A stretch of 63,716 bases of DNA, the filler included, from Lenisia limosa (lineage: Eukaryota > Protista > Breviatea): assembly GCA_001655205.1 (NCBI GenBank). It is 11 parts of 11 records of this genome, joined end to end, with 100 filler letters (N's around TTAATTAATTAA, not from the genome) between each part and the next. Parts side by side here need not be neighbours in the genome. Positions count along the whole stretch, not along the records: positions 33,894 to 35,816 come from LPNZ01004625.1; positions 35,917 to 47,635 come from LPNZ01003470.1; positions 47,736 to 50,090 come from LPNZ01003425.1; 8 more parts are not named here. One strand, 5' to 3'. Positions 35,554 through 49,175 of the stretch are shown here, in pieces. The notes under the pieces are model-generated. The model was not told the DNA's origin. It was given only the letters and a program-made list of their open reading frames with translations, and made no database searches. The stretch's first letter is position 1. Every line of letters starts with the position of its first letter. The position numbers and the translations under genes were made by a program.

Positions 35554-36927
35554 TAGAAATTATACACATTAAAAATCTGGTAAACACGTGAAATACATAT
35601 GGATACCAAAAACAAATAATCAAACTCTGAAGCCGTCTACACCACAACTATGCTTAAAGGATATTGAAATAACTAGAGGGTGACTGAATGGTTAGGGCTT
35701 CGGAAAATTCTCTCGATGATTAATGTTGTGATCCCATTATTTATGTGTACTATATCATATGATATAGGTGACTATACATGAACGCGAACACTCCCATGAA
35801 CGCGAACGCTTTTTCGNNNNNNNNNNNNNNNNNNNNNNNNNNNNNNNNNNNNNNNNNNNNTTAATTAATTAANNNNNNNNNNNNNNNNNNNNNNNNNNNN
35901 NNNNNNNNNNNNNNNNTGGGGAGGGGGCAAGAGATAATTGGAAGGAGTGAACTATAAAACATGGGGGTCCATTAGTGACGGCGATTGTGGGACCTGCATT
36001 AATATTAATACCCCCAGGTACCTCACGAAGCCTTTACGTCTCCATGATCTCGAAGTGGTAATTGATCACTTCATAGGCCCACGCGCAACATAACGCCAAA
36101 ATTGTGAAAAAATTGCGCCGGAGTAACGTATTTTTTGATTGTGTGTTTCTGTAGAAAAGGAAGAGTTGTATATTAGTTGACAGGTGGTTTGTTTAAATTG
36201 TTTTGCTGTTGTTAGAGCGTTTTTTTTTTATTGTAATAATAATAGATGTTATGATATTGTCCTTGGGCTACTTATCAGAACACAATACGCTGCATCCCCA
36301 TTATCTATACAGGAATTTCATGTATTTTTATCTTATCCCATTAGAACAATCTGACAACAATGGGGATTTTTCATGGGAATCCTGAATCGACGCCTTATGT
36401 TTTGATAGCAGTTTTCTAAACCAACGAGCGACCCACAGCGACAAAGTAAGAACTGTCAGGTGATAAGAACCGCCAGTTGACGAGTTGTGGGCCCCATCAC
36501 ATTGATATGTGTTCCCNNNNNNNNNNNNNNNNNNNNNNNNNNNNNNNNNNNNNNNNNNNNNNNNNNNNNNNNNNNNNNNNNNNNNNNNNNNNNNNNNNNN
36601 NNNNNNNNNNNNNNNNNNNNNNNNNNNNNNNNNNNNNNNNNNNNNNNNNTGTCATCTCGTTGTGGTAAGTATGGGCTGCAATGTTTTTCCAAATCAAAGA
36701 AGAACAAAAAATACAGCAAATCATTTATCACACTGTTTTTAATTCAAAAAGGTATGCGAATAGAAGTTAACTCCGGAAGTCTAAGTCTACATTTCTGTCA
36801 TTTCAGCTCCTGCTCTCCTGCGTGGTGTGCCTCCACTCCCTACACAAATATAAATATTTAGGCGTATGTAATATTTGCTGTCAACTCGGGGTGGGAAATT
36901 AAAAACAGTAAATGGTACAATGAAAAG

Positions 36928-39900
36928 CTATTGCGCCTTATCCAGCCACGCTCGCGCCGAAGACGCAACAGTGCTGTCTCCGAAGCTCAACGCCGCATCC
37001 ATGACTCGGAACATCTCTGAACTCGAGTTTTCTTTGCTTGCGCGTGTGTATGCAGCCTGAATCGATAAGTGCAGCGTCATCTCACCTTGAAACGATGGCA
37101 CTTCAGGCACGCTCCAATTTTAATGGACGGGTCAAAGATTTTGCCAACCTGGATGTTTAGTAACTTAAATAAAGACCTACCATTTTTTCGGCTTCCTTTG
37201 AGCACGCGACAGAGTGGAAACTCTCCGCAGTGGCAGCGTAAATATCATCAAGGTCTGGCCGGGAGAGATTGGACTGAACTGTTAGTCCTAAACAGAATAG
37301 CCAAATAAGCCCACTTGGGTATGCTTCAAGATTTGCAAAACTCTTTGAACTCCAAATTGTTTCGCTGCAGTGACACAGGCTTTTTTGACGACAACATGCC
37401 CAACAAGGTGCAGCAGTGCAATACTGGGTGTAACTATTGAAGCTCCTCCTCTCGCCATAGTTTCAACCAAAATACCTAAGAAATGATTGACATCAAGGCG
37501 CTTAGCGATTATTATGGTGATTTGTTTATGGTATGTTTTGTTTCCCCGGATTTATTTGAAATAAAAAACAAAAAAGTGTCCCACCGGCCCTTTGCTCCTT
37601 TGGACTGAAGAGTGAAATTTGGCTCGGAGTGTATGACGACGTTTGCCCAAGGAAGAGAATGACTTCGATGTTAACTGTCACCTATTTATAAGCAAGAAAG
37701 ACATAAAAACGTTACCGTTTCAAGGCGTCGGAGGCAATCCGACTCCGAAAGAACAGAAGGAACACTGAAAGACGGGTCACATTTGAAATCCTAGATGATG
37801 AGCCAGAACTCGTTTAAATCAGGGGTGACTATTCTTTTTTATTAGATAGATTTCCCAAAGCTCTAAAAAGAACATTCTTTTGATAAAAAAATTATTCAAG
37901 TCCGTCAAACCAGGTTTGGAGGAAGAAACGATAAAGTTTGAGGCTCGGGGGGCGTATTATCAATAACAGCTTTGAGCAGTTTCTAAAGTGTCACGGAATG
38001 AGGAGTACACACTCTTGCATAAGTCAGGCATTCAACAGATTGATTAAGAAGGTCTTTGGATGACGCTGAGGCGGAATTCGAAGAAAACAGCAAGGTGTCC
38101 ACCTGAAGTCAACCGGAAAAGTAGACAAACCTGAGATAGCTTAATGAGGGTCAATCCAGTCCGACAAAAATCTTGCTGAAAGAGTTGTAGAAGAAGAAGG
38201 GGAATGTAGAGTTTGCTTGAAAGGGTTAATGGATGAAAAACGTACTGTTTGTTGAGATACTGACATAAAGAGTTGAGAACTTTCTGTCCTGTTTCCTTTG
38301 GTAGTTCACTAACAACGGCCTGGAAAGAAGGAATATGGGGTTCACATGATTGCCTACCTTGAGAAGTTCTTGAATTCTGGCGGATGACAGGCTTGGTTTA
38401 CATACAGTTTCCACAATGACACTGATTGGAATGTTGTGCGATTTACATCGACGGAAGGCCAGATCCAATCTCCGCGCCTCGACCTGAAAAATTAAACTCT
38501 CTCGGCGGTAAAAATATTCGAGTTATGCAAACTAACCAAGAAGGCCAAGAGACCCTGTGTGTTGCCAAAGTTTTCGTGGTAATAGGCGGCCTCGATCACC
38601 CATTGTTGAGGGTCGCATGGGGACTGCAAATGAATCAAGAAAACATGCTCTTCATATTTTCCAGGAAGTCTTAAAATTATAGTTTTACATTTCATTGTCC
38701 GTTAGGACCATAATTTTTAGCGAAATATATGACATTTGTTTGAAAATATTGAAAGAAAAAAACAAAAAAATAAACATGAATTTCCCGTGAAAATGTGACA
38801 TTTCCAATTTCCTGAAAGTGTATCATATGTAATATAACATCTGGTTTTGGATGTAAAATTTGCCTCATGATTCAGTAGAGTATGAGCATACCGTCGTTGT
38901 TGCTGAAGTCTGAGCGACTCCCTTTGACAGTGTACCCACGATGATGCTAAGGAGCCTTCCTCGTTCTGACATGTCAGCAAATAATCTTCCTTGAAGCAGC
39001 CACACACCCCGCGAACCTGACCCTCGAGCAGTGTTGAAAACGTTCCGCATTACTAGCCGGGCTTGGGATAATTCGCCCTGAGAATTTCAGAAGCTGTCTG
39101 GTCTGGTGTTCAGGCTTTATGTGATTTTTTCAGTAAAAGCTAGGGCTCCGTGCAGTTAATTGAAAACATATAATTGCAAAATTTGAAGTGCGACATATTG
39201 TAATGTAAACCCAATTTCAGACAGTTTAATTTCTAATTTTGTCATTTAGTTACTTCAAAAAACTAATTGCAGGAGCCCAAGTAAAAGCATACCGCCTTCA
39301 GGAGTCCGATTCCCTTGGCAAGGGATACAGCATGAGAGTCAGACGATACAACTGCCATCATGCGTGAGGCAAGCTGAAATGTGAGATGGCAAAACAGGTC
39401 AAACTTGGTAGTAGTCTTCTTGGAGAAGTGCATCAAGAAGAGAGCTAAACAGTAAGACAACATCATCATCATCATCATCATCACCCTTACCTTGAAGACA
39501 AGTTTGATTGTGAACTAACGTCAGACAACTGCATGTTTTTATCATCCAGGAATCCAGACATGTAGAGATCTAAACAGAATAATCAGGGTTGTTAAGAACT
39601 CAAACCATTGATAAGACTGATCTTTTTGAGAAGAGTATCACAGTCAGCGCTGCGTATGGACGCTTCCGAACTGCTCGACGAAGACTCCATCAACAGGTTC
39701 TGTACAAGGATATCAATAGAGCTTCACTTCGGTTCCAAAAAAGATCGGTAAAATATCGATAGTTTTCGAGGATTTATCGAGTAATTCAGTCTTATTTCGA
39801 ACCGAAGTGAATCTCTTGGAATCAACGATACCAGAATGCCAACCTTGGCGTAAAGAACTAGCTCCTTGGCGATGGAAAGGTTTTCAAGAGGATGCTCCGT

Positions 39901-42900
39901 GGGGCTACTCAGAATAGACTTTCTGCAATATAAGGAACATTGTGTACGGCAGAAACCTACGTGACTCTTAGGCAAACGGCACCTGACACTGTTACAGAGG
40001 TTGCAGAGCTGAGGTCAATGATAGCCTTGCAAAGCGAAACTGAAGGTGCCTAAAAGGTGAAAAACGCAATAAACACAATGCCGCCTTAACAGGTGTATGC
40101 TAGGTGGGACTAGTAATATTCATCCAGACTTGAATTCCCTTATACCTGCGGATACTGATGGGCTAATCTCAGAGCTGATTGGTCCGCACTGGAAATATCG
40201 CTCAGATCAAGCTAAATAATAAAATACCCTCCAGGCCATTTCTCTCCTATGATGGCAATGCATAACATGTGAACCTCCTGAAAGCAACCGCAGAAGTCCC
40301 GGAATGCCATACCCCCCCCCCCGGAACATAGGCTATTAGTCAACACATTATGCTAGAAGGAATAACACCATCATGAGTTATTCAAAACTTATATACATAA
40401 ATCTATAGGCGTTCCTATTGACGTGAACTTTCTAGCACTACCATTACAAAAAGGGCAATTATTCATCCACAAACAGGGTTGACAGCCACCGCTTTGAGCG
40501 CGTAAAATACTATTAAGTTCGTATCGTAAAGCTACAGCGAGTAAGAAAAGAAGACGAGATGATAAAATGCTCTTCTGTTTACTCACCGCCGGAACTGCAG
40601 TAAAGAGATTCCTAAATAATGAGAAGCTAGTTTCACAAATAATAAGATTATTGTGACTTATTTTAGAGTTCAGAATTAGACCAATAACACCAGGAACTGT
40701 CTTGATATAATACCATAAACAAGAGCACCCACTTGATAGCAGCGATCTGGGAATGTCTGAGAAGGGACTCCACAATCAGCTTCGGTTCGTGACGGAGTTC
40801 CACTAACTCAGCTGTTGGGTGAGGTGAATAGAATATCTAACATTTGAAGCTTACCAGAAGGTGAATTGAGAGCGGACAAAGCTCTCTGACCAAGAAGAGC
40901 TTTCTTGAGACCTGGGTGGTTCCTATTTTGTTGTTAATCAAAAAAACTGAACCTACTTCAGTTTAACACATGCCCCAGCTAATGAGAACAAACTTTCCGA
41001 CCTTTGGAGTAAGGCAAAAAATTATTTTCAGTGCGACCCCACCAGTTACTAGTTTGAAAGAGCGCATCTATGACCTCTCTTGGGGCGTCTTGGAAATGCT
41101 AAAGGGTGAGTGCTCTCAAATCAGTGTCGAACTTTAATGAGCTGGTGTGGTTCAAGCTGAGTTACAGCGCTGAGTTTGTGATATGAAATGTCAATTGTTG
41201 TTTGGCGTTGGAACGCCTTGGCCATCCAAAGCACAGAGGATTCAAGGCCTCTGTCCACCAATGTTGAGAAAATCTTGATCGTTAGGTCACCATGAACACA
41301 AAAGGCCAACTTGGTTTAGGTTGTCGGACAGGTCAGACATCATCTCCCCCAAAGCAGGCAAATCTTCTTGGTTGCTGCGTGAGTATGGTTCCGATACAAT
41401 CTTAAACGTTAAAAAATAAATTTTGCATATTATCTCTGAAATAGCAAAAGAGAGGCGGAGGGATGCGTTCCAAGATACCTTAAGGAGGGCCGGGTGGACA
41501 TTTGAAGGTACCTCAGTAAGAGATACTATGCTTGATACTAAGCTGGAGGCCAAAGTATGCAGCAAAATGACCGGGGTTGTTGTGATGAGCTTGTTCAAAA
41601 GAGGTAGCGAGGCAACTGCTGCTTCCGATGTCTCCAACATGCATAGCAGTTTCGCCGTCTAGATGCATAAATGAGCCTTTTAATAACAATTAGGGCTTCA
41701 ATTCTGTTCGAAAAAAGACTGAATTTCTCGATAAAACCTAGAAAACTATCGATATTTTCCCGGTTTTTTTGTCCCAAAGTGAAGCTCTAATAATAATAGT
41801 CAAACCTCGGAAGGATCGGAACATTCTGCGGCTCGGATGAGGATATCTGCTTCTGACAACCGATCAAAAGGCTCGTCTTGGATGGACAAAAAGATTTCAA
41901 ATTCATTCCCCAATTCCTTGGCAATATCCAAAAGCTGAGGACGAACTTCGACATTGGGCAATAAGTAAGCAAACGCGGCTGCGACAAGAGCTTGGGTGTC
42001 GATCAGCTTAAGCAAACTGCTCTTTTTGTCACAAAGTGCAGGAGAGCTCTGTTCCTCTGAAGGAAGAATATAAGTCGTGATTTTTGAGAACATGGACTCT
42101 TCAGCAGCAACGCTTGGAGTTGTAGCCTCAGAGAGATGCTCGGACAAAACGGGGTAAAAAGACGTGTTTGTAAGTTTTGCACATTCCAAGACTTCGGTAC
42201 CTGCCTCCATTAGAGGAGAATAAAATGGGAGTTATAATCTATAGTCTCCTCTATATAAGGAGGTGGAGGGAAGATCGATGATATACATGAATATTTACAC
42301 GTGGCTATGTATATGTATATAGTACATGTCAAAAACGTGATAAGAAAGGGGTTGTGCACATAACCCACATTTAACTTGAGAAAACAAGGCGTCAATGATC
42401 TTTTTCGGTTCAACAGCTAAGATGTTCTCATCCTTGCTGCTCGGATGCAGTACCATCATTTTCTTTGCGTAAGAAGCGAGTTTAGAGAGTGTGCAGTTGG
42501 AAGAGCCCGGGTGTAATGCCCGAGAACTTGAGAGAACACATTCCAAATACTGTGCATGTTGACCTAAAGAAGTTAGAGGAGTAATGCACGCACCTCGCAA
42601 GGAGCTTGATTGGAGAGAATATGTAATCGGCTCGACTTCAAGGGCAGTTGGCTTCGTAGCCCTGAGGGCATCCACTTCAGCTAGCCCATTAAAGCGATCG
42701 AAGATCATCTCTAGAAACGCAGGGTTGGCAAATCGTTGAAGTGCAGCAGTTACCTCCCGCAGGGGGGCGAAAATGTACTTCTCAAGGGGTGTCTCTTTCT
42801 TAATAGCATAAAAAAGGGGTTGTTATGGGGTAAACAGCAATCGCATACAACGTGGAGAGGAATCGGTGTGAGGGATTTGAGGAAGGAGAACACTACTGCC

Positions 42901-45900
42901 CGGAAATGTAAACGAACAATGCAAAACTCCAATGTCTGAAAGGTGAGTTTTTTTTTCAGGAAAAGCATCCTAACCGTGTTTGGAAGTTTCAGTTTTTGGC
43001 AGAGGGACGACAGCATGATGATGTAAAGGGAAAGTGAGTCATCAGGAATATTCCTTATTTCAGTAATCAACACCACCAAAATGGCAACAGCTCTGACTTG
43101 ATGAACTAGATCGTGTGAGAGTCTTAAGAAATACTCTTACCATCAGAGAGCTCTACAATCATTGCGTTTATTGTATCAATAGATCCGTTCTTGTCACGAA
43201 GTAGAGCTTCACCTTCCCTGAGTTGTGAAACTACCTGTTGCCCCTCACTTTATTGCGAAGAATGCTTGTACAACATCACAATCCATTTTAGCTCCTTCTT
43301 TGGGTTGATTGGCAAGTATTTGAAGAATGTCTTGAGATAAGTTTCCTCTTAATGATTTCGCCTCATTGGGAGAAATGGTACTTGAAGATGTGATAAGACG
43401 CTGAAGGACGAAGGGGACTGATGATTGGTTCAGGGCCGTGTATACCGGGGACAAGTCATTTGATAATATGGTGCTGTTTTCAGCCATCCAAACACATACA
43501 GAAACCTAGTTAGTGAGTTTGTTGAATAAAGTTGTGGCAAACTGAGTAGAGAAGTTTGGAGATCTCCAAGCAGAAGACAGGGGACGGGGTCATTTCCTTA
43601 GCTGAATTAAGGGCCTCTATTAGTTCCTAAAAACAGTTAGAAAGGGATTGACTTCAAAGGCATCAACAAACCACAAAATTGACATGGGACCTGGAGCTGG
43701 TAGAGGCAGCGGAGAGAATTCGGAAGCAGTCGGCCTTCCAGCTTCCGACACCCCGCGGCCGACCGTCAATGAGCGTTTCTGTCATGTGATGACCTGATAA
43801 GGCAAGTTCAACGGTCCGAATGCCGGAGACAAGACCAAGCGCCGAGTCTGGTGTGTCTTTTTTCATCTAGTCGGGTTATAAGAAATGGTGGATTGTATCT
43901 CACTATTTCATTTGAAACTTCAGCGAGAAGCTCAGTAAGGGTTGGAGTTTGTGAGAAAATTTGGTAAATCCGAAAACAACCTAAGGGTCAAAAAAAGCAG
44001 AAAAATTACTTTTATCATAGAGAGCAAATGTAGCACTGGCAATTTGGGCTACAATTTTCTTTCGCTGAGATGGGACAAGCTCGATACATTCTTGGCGGGT
44101 TATTATTACCTTTGACTCATTATTCTTACCACTAAGACAAGGAAGCAAAGCAAACAGGCGGTTTGGTGAACGAGTTATCGTGCAAGCAAAGGTGATTTCC
44201 GAAAGCAAGAGAGGAATCAGTTGATCAGTGATTTGAGATGCCGTGGCTACCTGTGCAATAAAAGACAATGCACCAAAACAAAACATACATTTGACTTCTG
44301 TAAAAGGCTTTGAAAGAGGGATGCGGACAAATGCACATCTGCTTATTAGAATTAAACTGAAGTTGGAATTGAATAGGTACTTCAGTTTTTCCAAACAAAC
44401 CAGTTTTGAGAAACTTCTGTATTGCTGTAATTAGGGAACCACCAAGCTCTAAACAATCAGAAGGGATAACTACATGATCGAAAAGAGAACAATGACATGA
44501 TACTCAAGAGCCTAATGGGATGATATAACCATTAGAAAGTGTTGTAAGTCGATTGTTGTGACTTGTTTTGAAAAATATCTCATTTTGGCTCCTCAAACGC
44601 TGTTCGTTGGCAAGACCAAAGGCATAAGCAGCACCACTTAAAAGAACGGAATAGTCACTTTCAGACATCTAAAAGATCAGAAGTAAACATAAAAACAAAA
44701 GACCGACTTGCAAGGGGTACTGATGGAGAAGGAGGTGAAAGGCAAAGTATTTTGCAAAGCTCTCTTCATGTCTCGAAAACTGACATTCCTACATTGAAAT
44801 GAGTCATCATAACAAATGAACAACAACCTTGAGAAAATAGTTTCGGACAAGGGCGCTCCATTTTAGGTGGCCAACTGTTGGTAATTCCGTGGATGACACC
44901 CTTCAAAGTCAATTTATTGGACCAAAGCAAACTATGACTATTCGCTCAAAAAAAGTGGAACAATGAGTTTAAATATGTCTTACTATTCCCGCGGGCAAAT
45001 AAATGTGATACCTGTCATATTTTATGACCCCCCCCCCCCATGTCAAGATATTCATTTTGAACCAAAACATATTCAGAAAGTGATGTGATAGTGTGAGTTA
45101 TCCACATGATCGTACTTGTTCCTCATTAGGTTTCACTTATCATTCCCTTTATCTCGCTATGGAAAGAGGAATGAGTGACAGTACGTAAAAGTGATTTTGA
45201 AGGATAATATTACATGTTTTCAATTATTTGAAAAAGTTGTTTGACTTTAATTTCTTCAGAAAAACAAAAAAAAACATGCACTAGCAGATAGTGTCAGATG
45301 TATGTGAAAATCAAGAAAACAAGAATTTAAAGATTTTTCATGCTGGACGGTGTGATAATGTAATAAAAAAATGATAAATAAAACCTCTAACGCTATACCA
45401 CGTTTTGAAAGGGGTATAATGTTTCCATAAAAATAATAGCCAAAAACCCTAACCATTCTTTGGTAGCAGATTCTCCAATGATACTTGAAAACACCTCTTG
45501 GAGCTGAAAGTAAGTGCTGTGATTTTATACAGACATGTTTGGAAAAGCCTTATGATCTTACCTGTTCACATGTGAAGCAGAGTGAAAGAAGCCTTAAGTT
45601 TCCAAGAGAAACTATATTGCTTGCCGTTTGGAGATATTGCAGCGGGGTAGAACTGGACAAGATGTCGGTCCAAATGGTTTTTGGGGGATTAGGGGCACAA
45701 GGGAGGTCTGGCCTAAATCGTTAAATACAATAACAATAGCATTATACGAAGAAAACCAGCTGTCAGCGAACTTTACAACTGGGATTGCCTGGCTTGGAGT
45801 AAACGTTTTGACCGAAAGGTTGGGGTTCTCTCGTGAAACATTGCGCCAAACGTGCTTTGGCAATTCAAACAATAAACTCGTATTCACTTCTACATCGTTA

Positions 45901-46612
45901 ATTCCACTCTTAAGTTGAAACTATCATATCACTGCATATTTATGAAAACAAAAAAGTTCGTACAAAAGACCAATCTCCCCTCTCCCCTGGTAAATTGATA
46001 TGACCAACCTTTTTGATGGGAGGCCTGTTCTTGGAGAATAACATCCGGTTCAACTTCAATTTGGTCTGTTTGGTCAATTTCACGTGATGGCTCAGTTTCC
46101 GGGCCAGATTCTTGAGACTGGGCAATCGCTGTGTCGTCGGGAGGGGCTACTACTGGAGAGATGGGAAGTGGTTGGGGAGTTTCATTTGGAATTGAGATTG
46201 GAGTTTCCTCTTTTGGGGAGGGCGGACGATCTTGTTCAATGGGGTCTGTGTCAACTGGCACGGCCCCTTGTGGGTTTGGGCTATTTCGAACAACTTTTTG
46301 GCTTTTACAAGGCTCCTGGTCCCTGACTACGTCTCTGCTTAGGGCAGCGAGACGAGGTGGCGGACCAGAGAGGTCCACGGGGGGCGGTGAATTGAGGTCA
46401 GACGGAGAGTCAGCAATATCCGCGACCTGGCCATGTTGAGGTGTTGAATCAGATAAAATGAGTCACAGCAAGAATAAAGGCAAAAAAACACTTCATTTAA
46501 GCAAAATAGTGGAGTTTAAAAGTATTTTTGGGTTAAAAAGCCCACAAATGATTCAGTTGTTCATCCCAACCTTGCGCTTTCGTCGAGACTTCCGCCTTGC
46601 TCCCGTTAGAGG
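36928..46612 (-). CDS. Very large multi-exon alpha-solenoid protein with an acidic/Pro-rich N-terminus; weak resemblance to the NBAS/Sec39-Rod family
   Basis: Dense run of co-oriented helical ORF exons over about 10 kb, ending AWLDKAQ*; segment DTQALVAAAF...QLLDIAKELG...EADILIRAAEC recalls the Sec39 region of NBAS; the gene is solid but the identity is tentative and the start uncertain. Confidence 0.55.
39143..39278. mobile_element. MITE family E (136 bp), intronic
   Basis: TA-GGGCTCCGTGCAGTTAATTG ... CTAATTGCAGGAGCCC; lies between a GTATGC donor and an AAG acceptor of the minus-strand gene. Confidence 0.85.
39719..39815. mobile_element. MITE family A, intronic
   Basis: TA-GAGCTTCACTTCGGTTCCAAAAAAGA ... 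GTCTTATTTCGAACCGAAGTGAATCTC. Confidence 0.85.
41693..41787. mobile_element. MITE family A, intronic
   Basis: TA-GGGCTTCAATTCTGTTCGAAAAAAGAC ... GTTTTTTTGTCCCAAAGTGAAGCTC-TA; makes up about two thirds of a roughly 145-nt intron. Confidence 0.88.
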
Positions 46613-47117
46613 CTGGGGCATCACTGGTTCACGAAGCGGACAAACATCTATTCTTGTCCGTGAAACTGTGCTCTGTGGGGTGGGATCTGGCTGGGGTGGA
46701 GTATGTGGTTGTGGATGAGTTGTGGATCCTGGGCTTCAGTTGACACCCGCCCAAGGCGGCACCAGCTTCTTTACTCTGTATATCAACTTGGGAGGAGGAA
46801 TCGAGGAGGAAGGATGAAAAACCTGGGAATCTGGATTCTCAATATTAATTAATTAAATATATGGTTAAGAAACAGTAAGAAACAGGCTGTGCTGTAGGTG
46901 GGACTGTGGGGGAGACAAAGTTTGGTTCGCGGGTGGCGNNNNNNNNNNNNNNNNNNNNNNNNNNNNNNNNNNNNNNNNNNNNNNNNNNNNNNNNNNNNNN
47001 NNNNNNNNNNNNNNNNNNNNNTCGCGCATTGTCCTCGTTTTTCTGCAGTGCTTTTGCAGCTTTCTTGCCTTTTTGCAACATCTTTGTTGTGGTAGTAAGA
47101 ATATACCCTGTCTTCAG

Positions 47118-47634
47118 ATGGTCCCTCAAGACTGCATTCTTGATCCACGCACACCAGTGAAGAACCTCATCATTGATACTGATCCTGGTGTTGATGATGC
47201 CGTTATGCTGCTTCTTGCTCTTGGTATGATGGTGTTATGCGTCTTCTCACCTCTATGCAACTATGATTTCTTCTTGTCCAAATCTTTAATGCCATTTCTT
47301 TCTGCTTTTGTTTCAAAATGCGTTGCCTTTATAGTAGACTTACTTAAGGCTCAATTGTCAATTGTTACACATACCTCACATATCTCGTTTAAATATCATT
47401 GTTACGGTCTAATGCTATATATGGCTTCCTTATTGTTACATTCCAGCTAGGACTCTCTCTCAATTAATTGAAAAAATGAAAAAAAAAAAAAACAATTAAT
47501 CTCTCAAATTCCCTAATTTCTATGCTTTTTTTAAGGGGTTTTGCATTATTGTTACATTCTAACATATTCAGGGGCATGTATTGAGGGAAGAGCGCGTGTC
47601 GTTGCAATTACTTCCGTTGCTGGCAATGTCGATG
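47118..47634 (+). CDS. Inosine-uridine-preferring nucleoside hydrolase, N-terminal two exons (3'-truncated)
   Basis: NLIIDTDPGVDDAVMLLLAL (DXDXXXDD motif) spliced to GACIEGRARVVAITSVAGNVD (ITxVxGN motif). Confidence 0.92.
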
Positions 47635-47923
47635 TNNNNNNNNNNNNNNNNNNNNNNNNNNNNNNNNNNNNNNNNNNNNTTAATTAATTAANNNNNNNNN
47701 NNNNNNNNNNNNNNNNNNNNNNNNNNNNNNNNNNNTCGCTGCAGCACCGCCTCCCATCGTAAAATTGGAAAATAAAAGATGCAGATATCGTATGATGTGA
47801 ATATGATATGATGTAAATGTAGTATATGATAAATGATATTATTGCTTCAGGAATTTTCAATCACTTTGGCAACATTATCCTCTTCAAGTATGAAAATGTA
47901 CACATATTGATAGAGATTGAAAT

Positions 47924-47963
47924 AAAACAAGGTCGTATCTGGCCGAAGCCGTCCGCTCCATGA
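47924..47963 (-). repeat. Dispersed repeat family C, partial copy
   Basis: Reverse strand reads ATGGAGCGGACGGCTTCGGCCAGATACGACCTTGTTTT. Confidence 0.7.
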
Positions 47964-48143
47964 TTCAACCTTTTCCTTTCAACACCCCAGGCATTAGACC
48001 ATAATTTCACAGTCAACTCCCTAACAGGCCAATAAGCCTTCAAAACACCCCCTCTCCAACACAGGCGGATATGAAAGTTCGTGGTACAAACACAGCAGGT
48101 GAGGGTGTTGCATCGCCGGTTTTCAGCTCTAATAAACGACTGA

Positions 48144-48241
48144 GGGGAGGGTGTGAAGAACTGAAAATTAAAGAAACAAAAAAAGCCCAAAATCAACTTT
48201 GTTGGCTGATAACACATGAAGGTTGAGAGCAAAAAAAAAAA
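48144..48241 (+). repeat. Dispersed repeat family B, left two thirds
   Basis: GAAACAAAAAAGCCCAAAATCAACTTTGTTGGCTGATAACACATGAAGGTTGA. Confidence 0.75.
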
Positions 48242-48451
48242 NNNNNNNNNNNNNNNNNNNNNNNNNNNNNNNNNNNNNNNNNNNNNNNNNNNNNNNNNNN
48301 NNNNNNNNNNNNNNNNNNNNNNNNNNNNNNNNNNNNNNAGCCCAAAGCAAAATACGAACAAAGGTTGGTGTTCTTCACTTCGATTAGGAAAATATATCGA
48401 TAGCAACTCCTAATGGTACTACGACTATCGCATCATTCGCTATAACAACTA

Positions 48452-48544
48452 GAGCTTCACTTTTGGTTCCAATAAAGACTAACAAAATATCGATATTATC
48501 GAGGATTTATCGAGAATTCAGTCTTTTGGAGCCAAGTGAAGCTC
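48452..48544. mobile_element. MITE family A, full-length copy
   Basis: ACTA-GAGCTTCACTTTTGGTTCC ... GGAGCCAAGTGAAGCTC-TAGT. Confidence 0.88.
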
Positions 48545-48644
48545 TAGTTGTTATAAAGAATGGTGTGATAGTAGTGGTACCAGAAGGAGTTGCTCCCCTC
48601 TACCCTTATTCACTCACCAGCTCTCTCTATCTCTTTTCCCTCTC

Positions 48645-48649
<5 letters not shown>

Positions 48650-48685
<36 letters not shown>
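48650..48685. repeat. (CT)n microsatellite running into a gap
   Basis: Direct reading of the sequence. Confidence 0.9.
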
Positions 48686-48850
48686 NNNNNNNNNNNNNNN
48701 NNNNNNNNNNNNNNNNNNNNNNNNNATAATAAAAATCCCCCCTTCCATTCGCACCTACACTCAACCGCAAAAGATGAGCAAGGCCGTCCTTCGAGAACCA
48801 AAACTGTGGGGATGAGAAAAAAAAGTCATATTTATTGTGTGTGTGTGGAG

Positions 48851-48948
48851 GGGGGTAAAATGAGGCAAAAAACAATCCCAAAATCAACTCTAACACACGA
48901 GGAAAAAAAACAAACAAAGCCCAGGCCAGTTGCTTCTGCAGCACCGCA
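48851..48948 (+). repeat. Dispersed repeat family B, full copy with a small deletion
   Basis: GGGGGTAAAAT..CCCAAAATCAACTCTAACACACGAGG..AAAGCCCAGGCCAGTTGCTTCTGCAGCACCGCA. Confidence 0.8.
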
Positions 48949-49175
48949 TTCCAGAGAAATTCAAAGGGAAAAAAAAACGACACATTATTCAGCCTCAAAA
49001 GTTGGTTGTGTAGTCATGTTGCTTGCGGATACGGGTCAACATAATATGTGTTTTGCTTTTAAAGAAATTCCAAATCCAATCTTGGAGGTAAATATAAAAC
49101 AAGGCTGTATCAAGAAGAGATATTTATGTTAACGAAAAGTACCTTGTTAGGGGGGTCGTCATATAGCATTACATA

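Noticed and set aside
39700-41805. MITE A/E as introner elements that create introns
   Set aside because: In the cases checked, donor and acceptor lie 7-45 nt outside the element, so these are insertions into existing introns.
46700-46800. In-frame TGA between two coding-looking stretches as readthrough or selenocysteine
   Set aside because: All frames are interrupted, an ATG near 46612 or an unmapped intron explains it, and no SECIS is visible.
46845-46856. TTAATTAATTAA without flanking Ns
   Set aside because: It lies in AT-rich sequence between divergent genes with no N padding. Most likely natural chance, though a residual join cannot be fully excluded.
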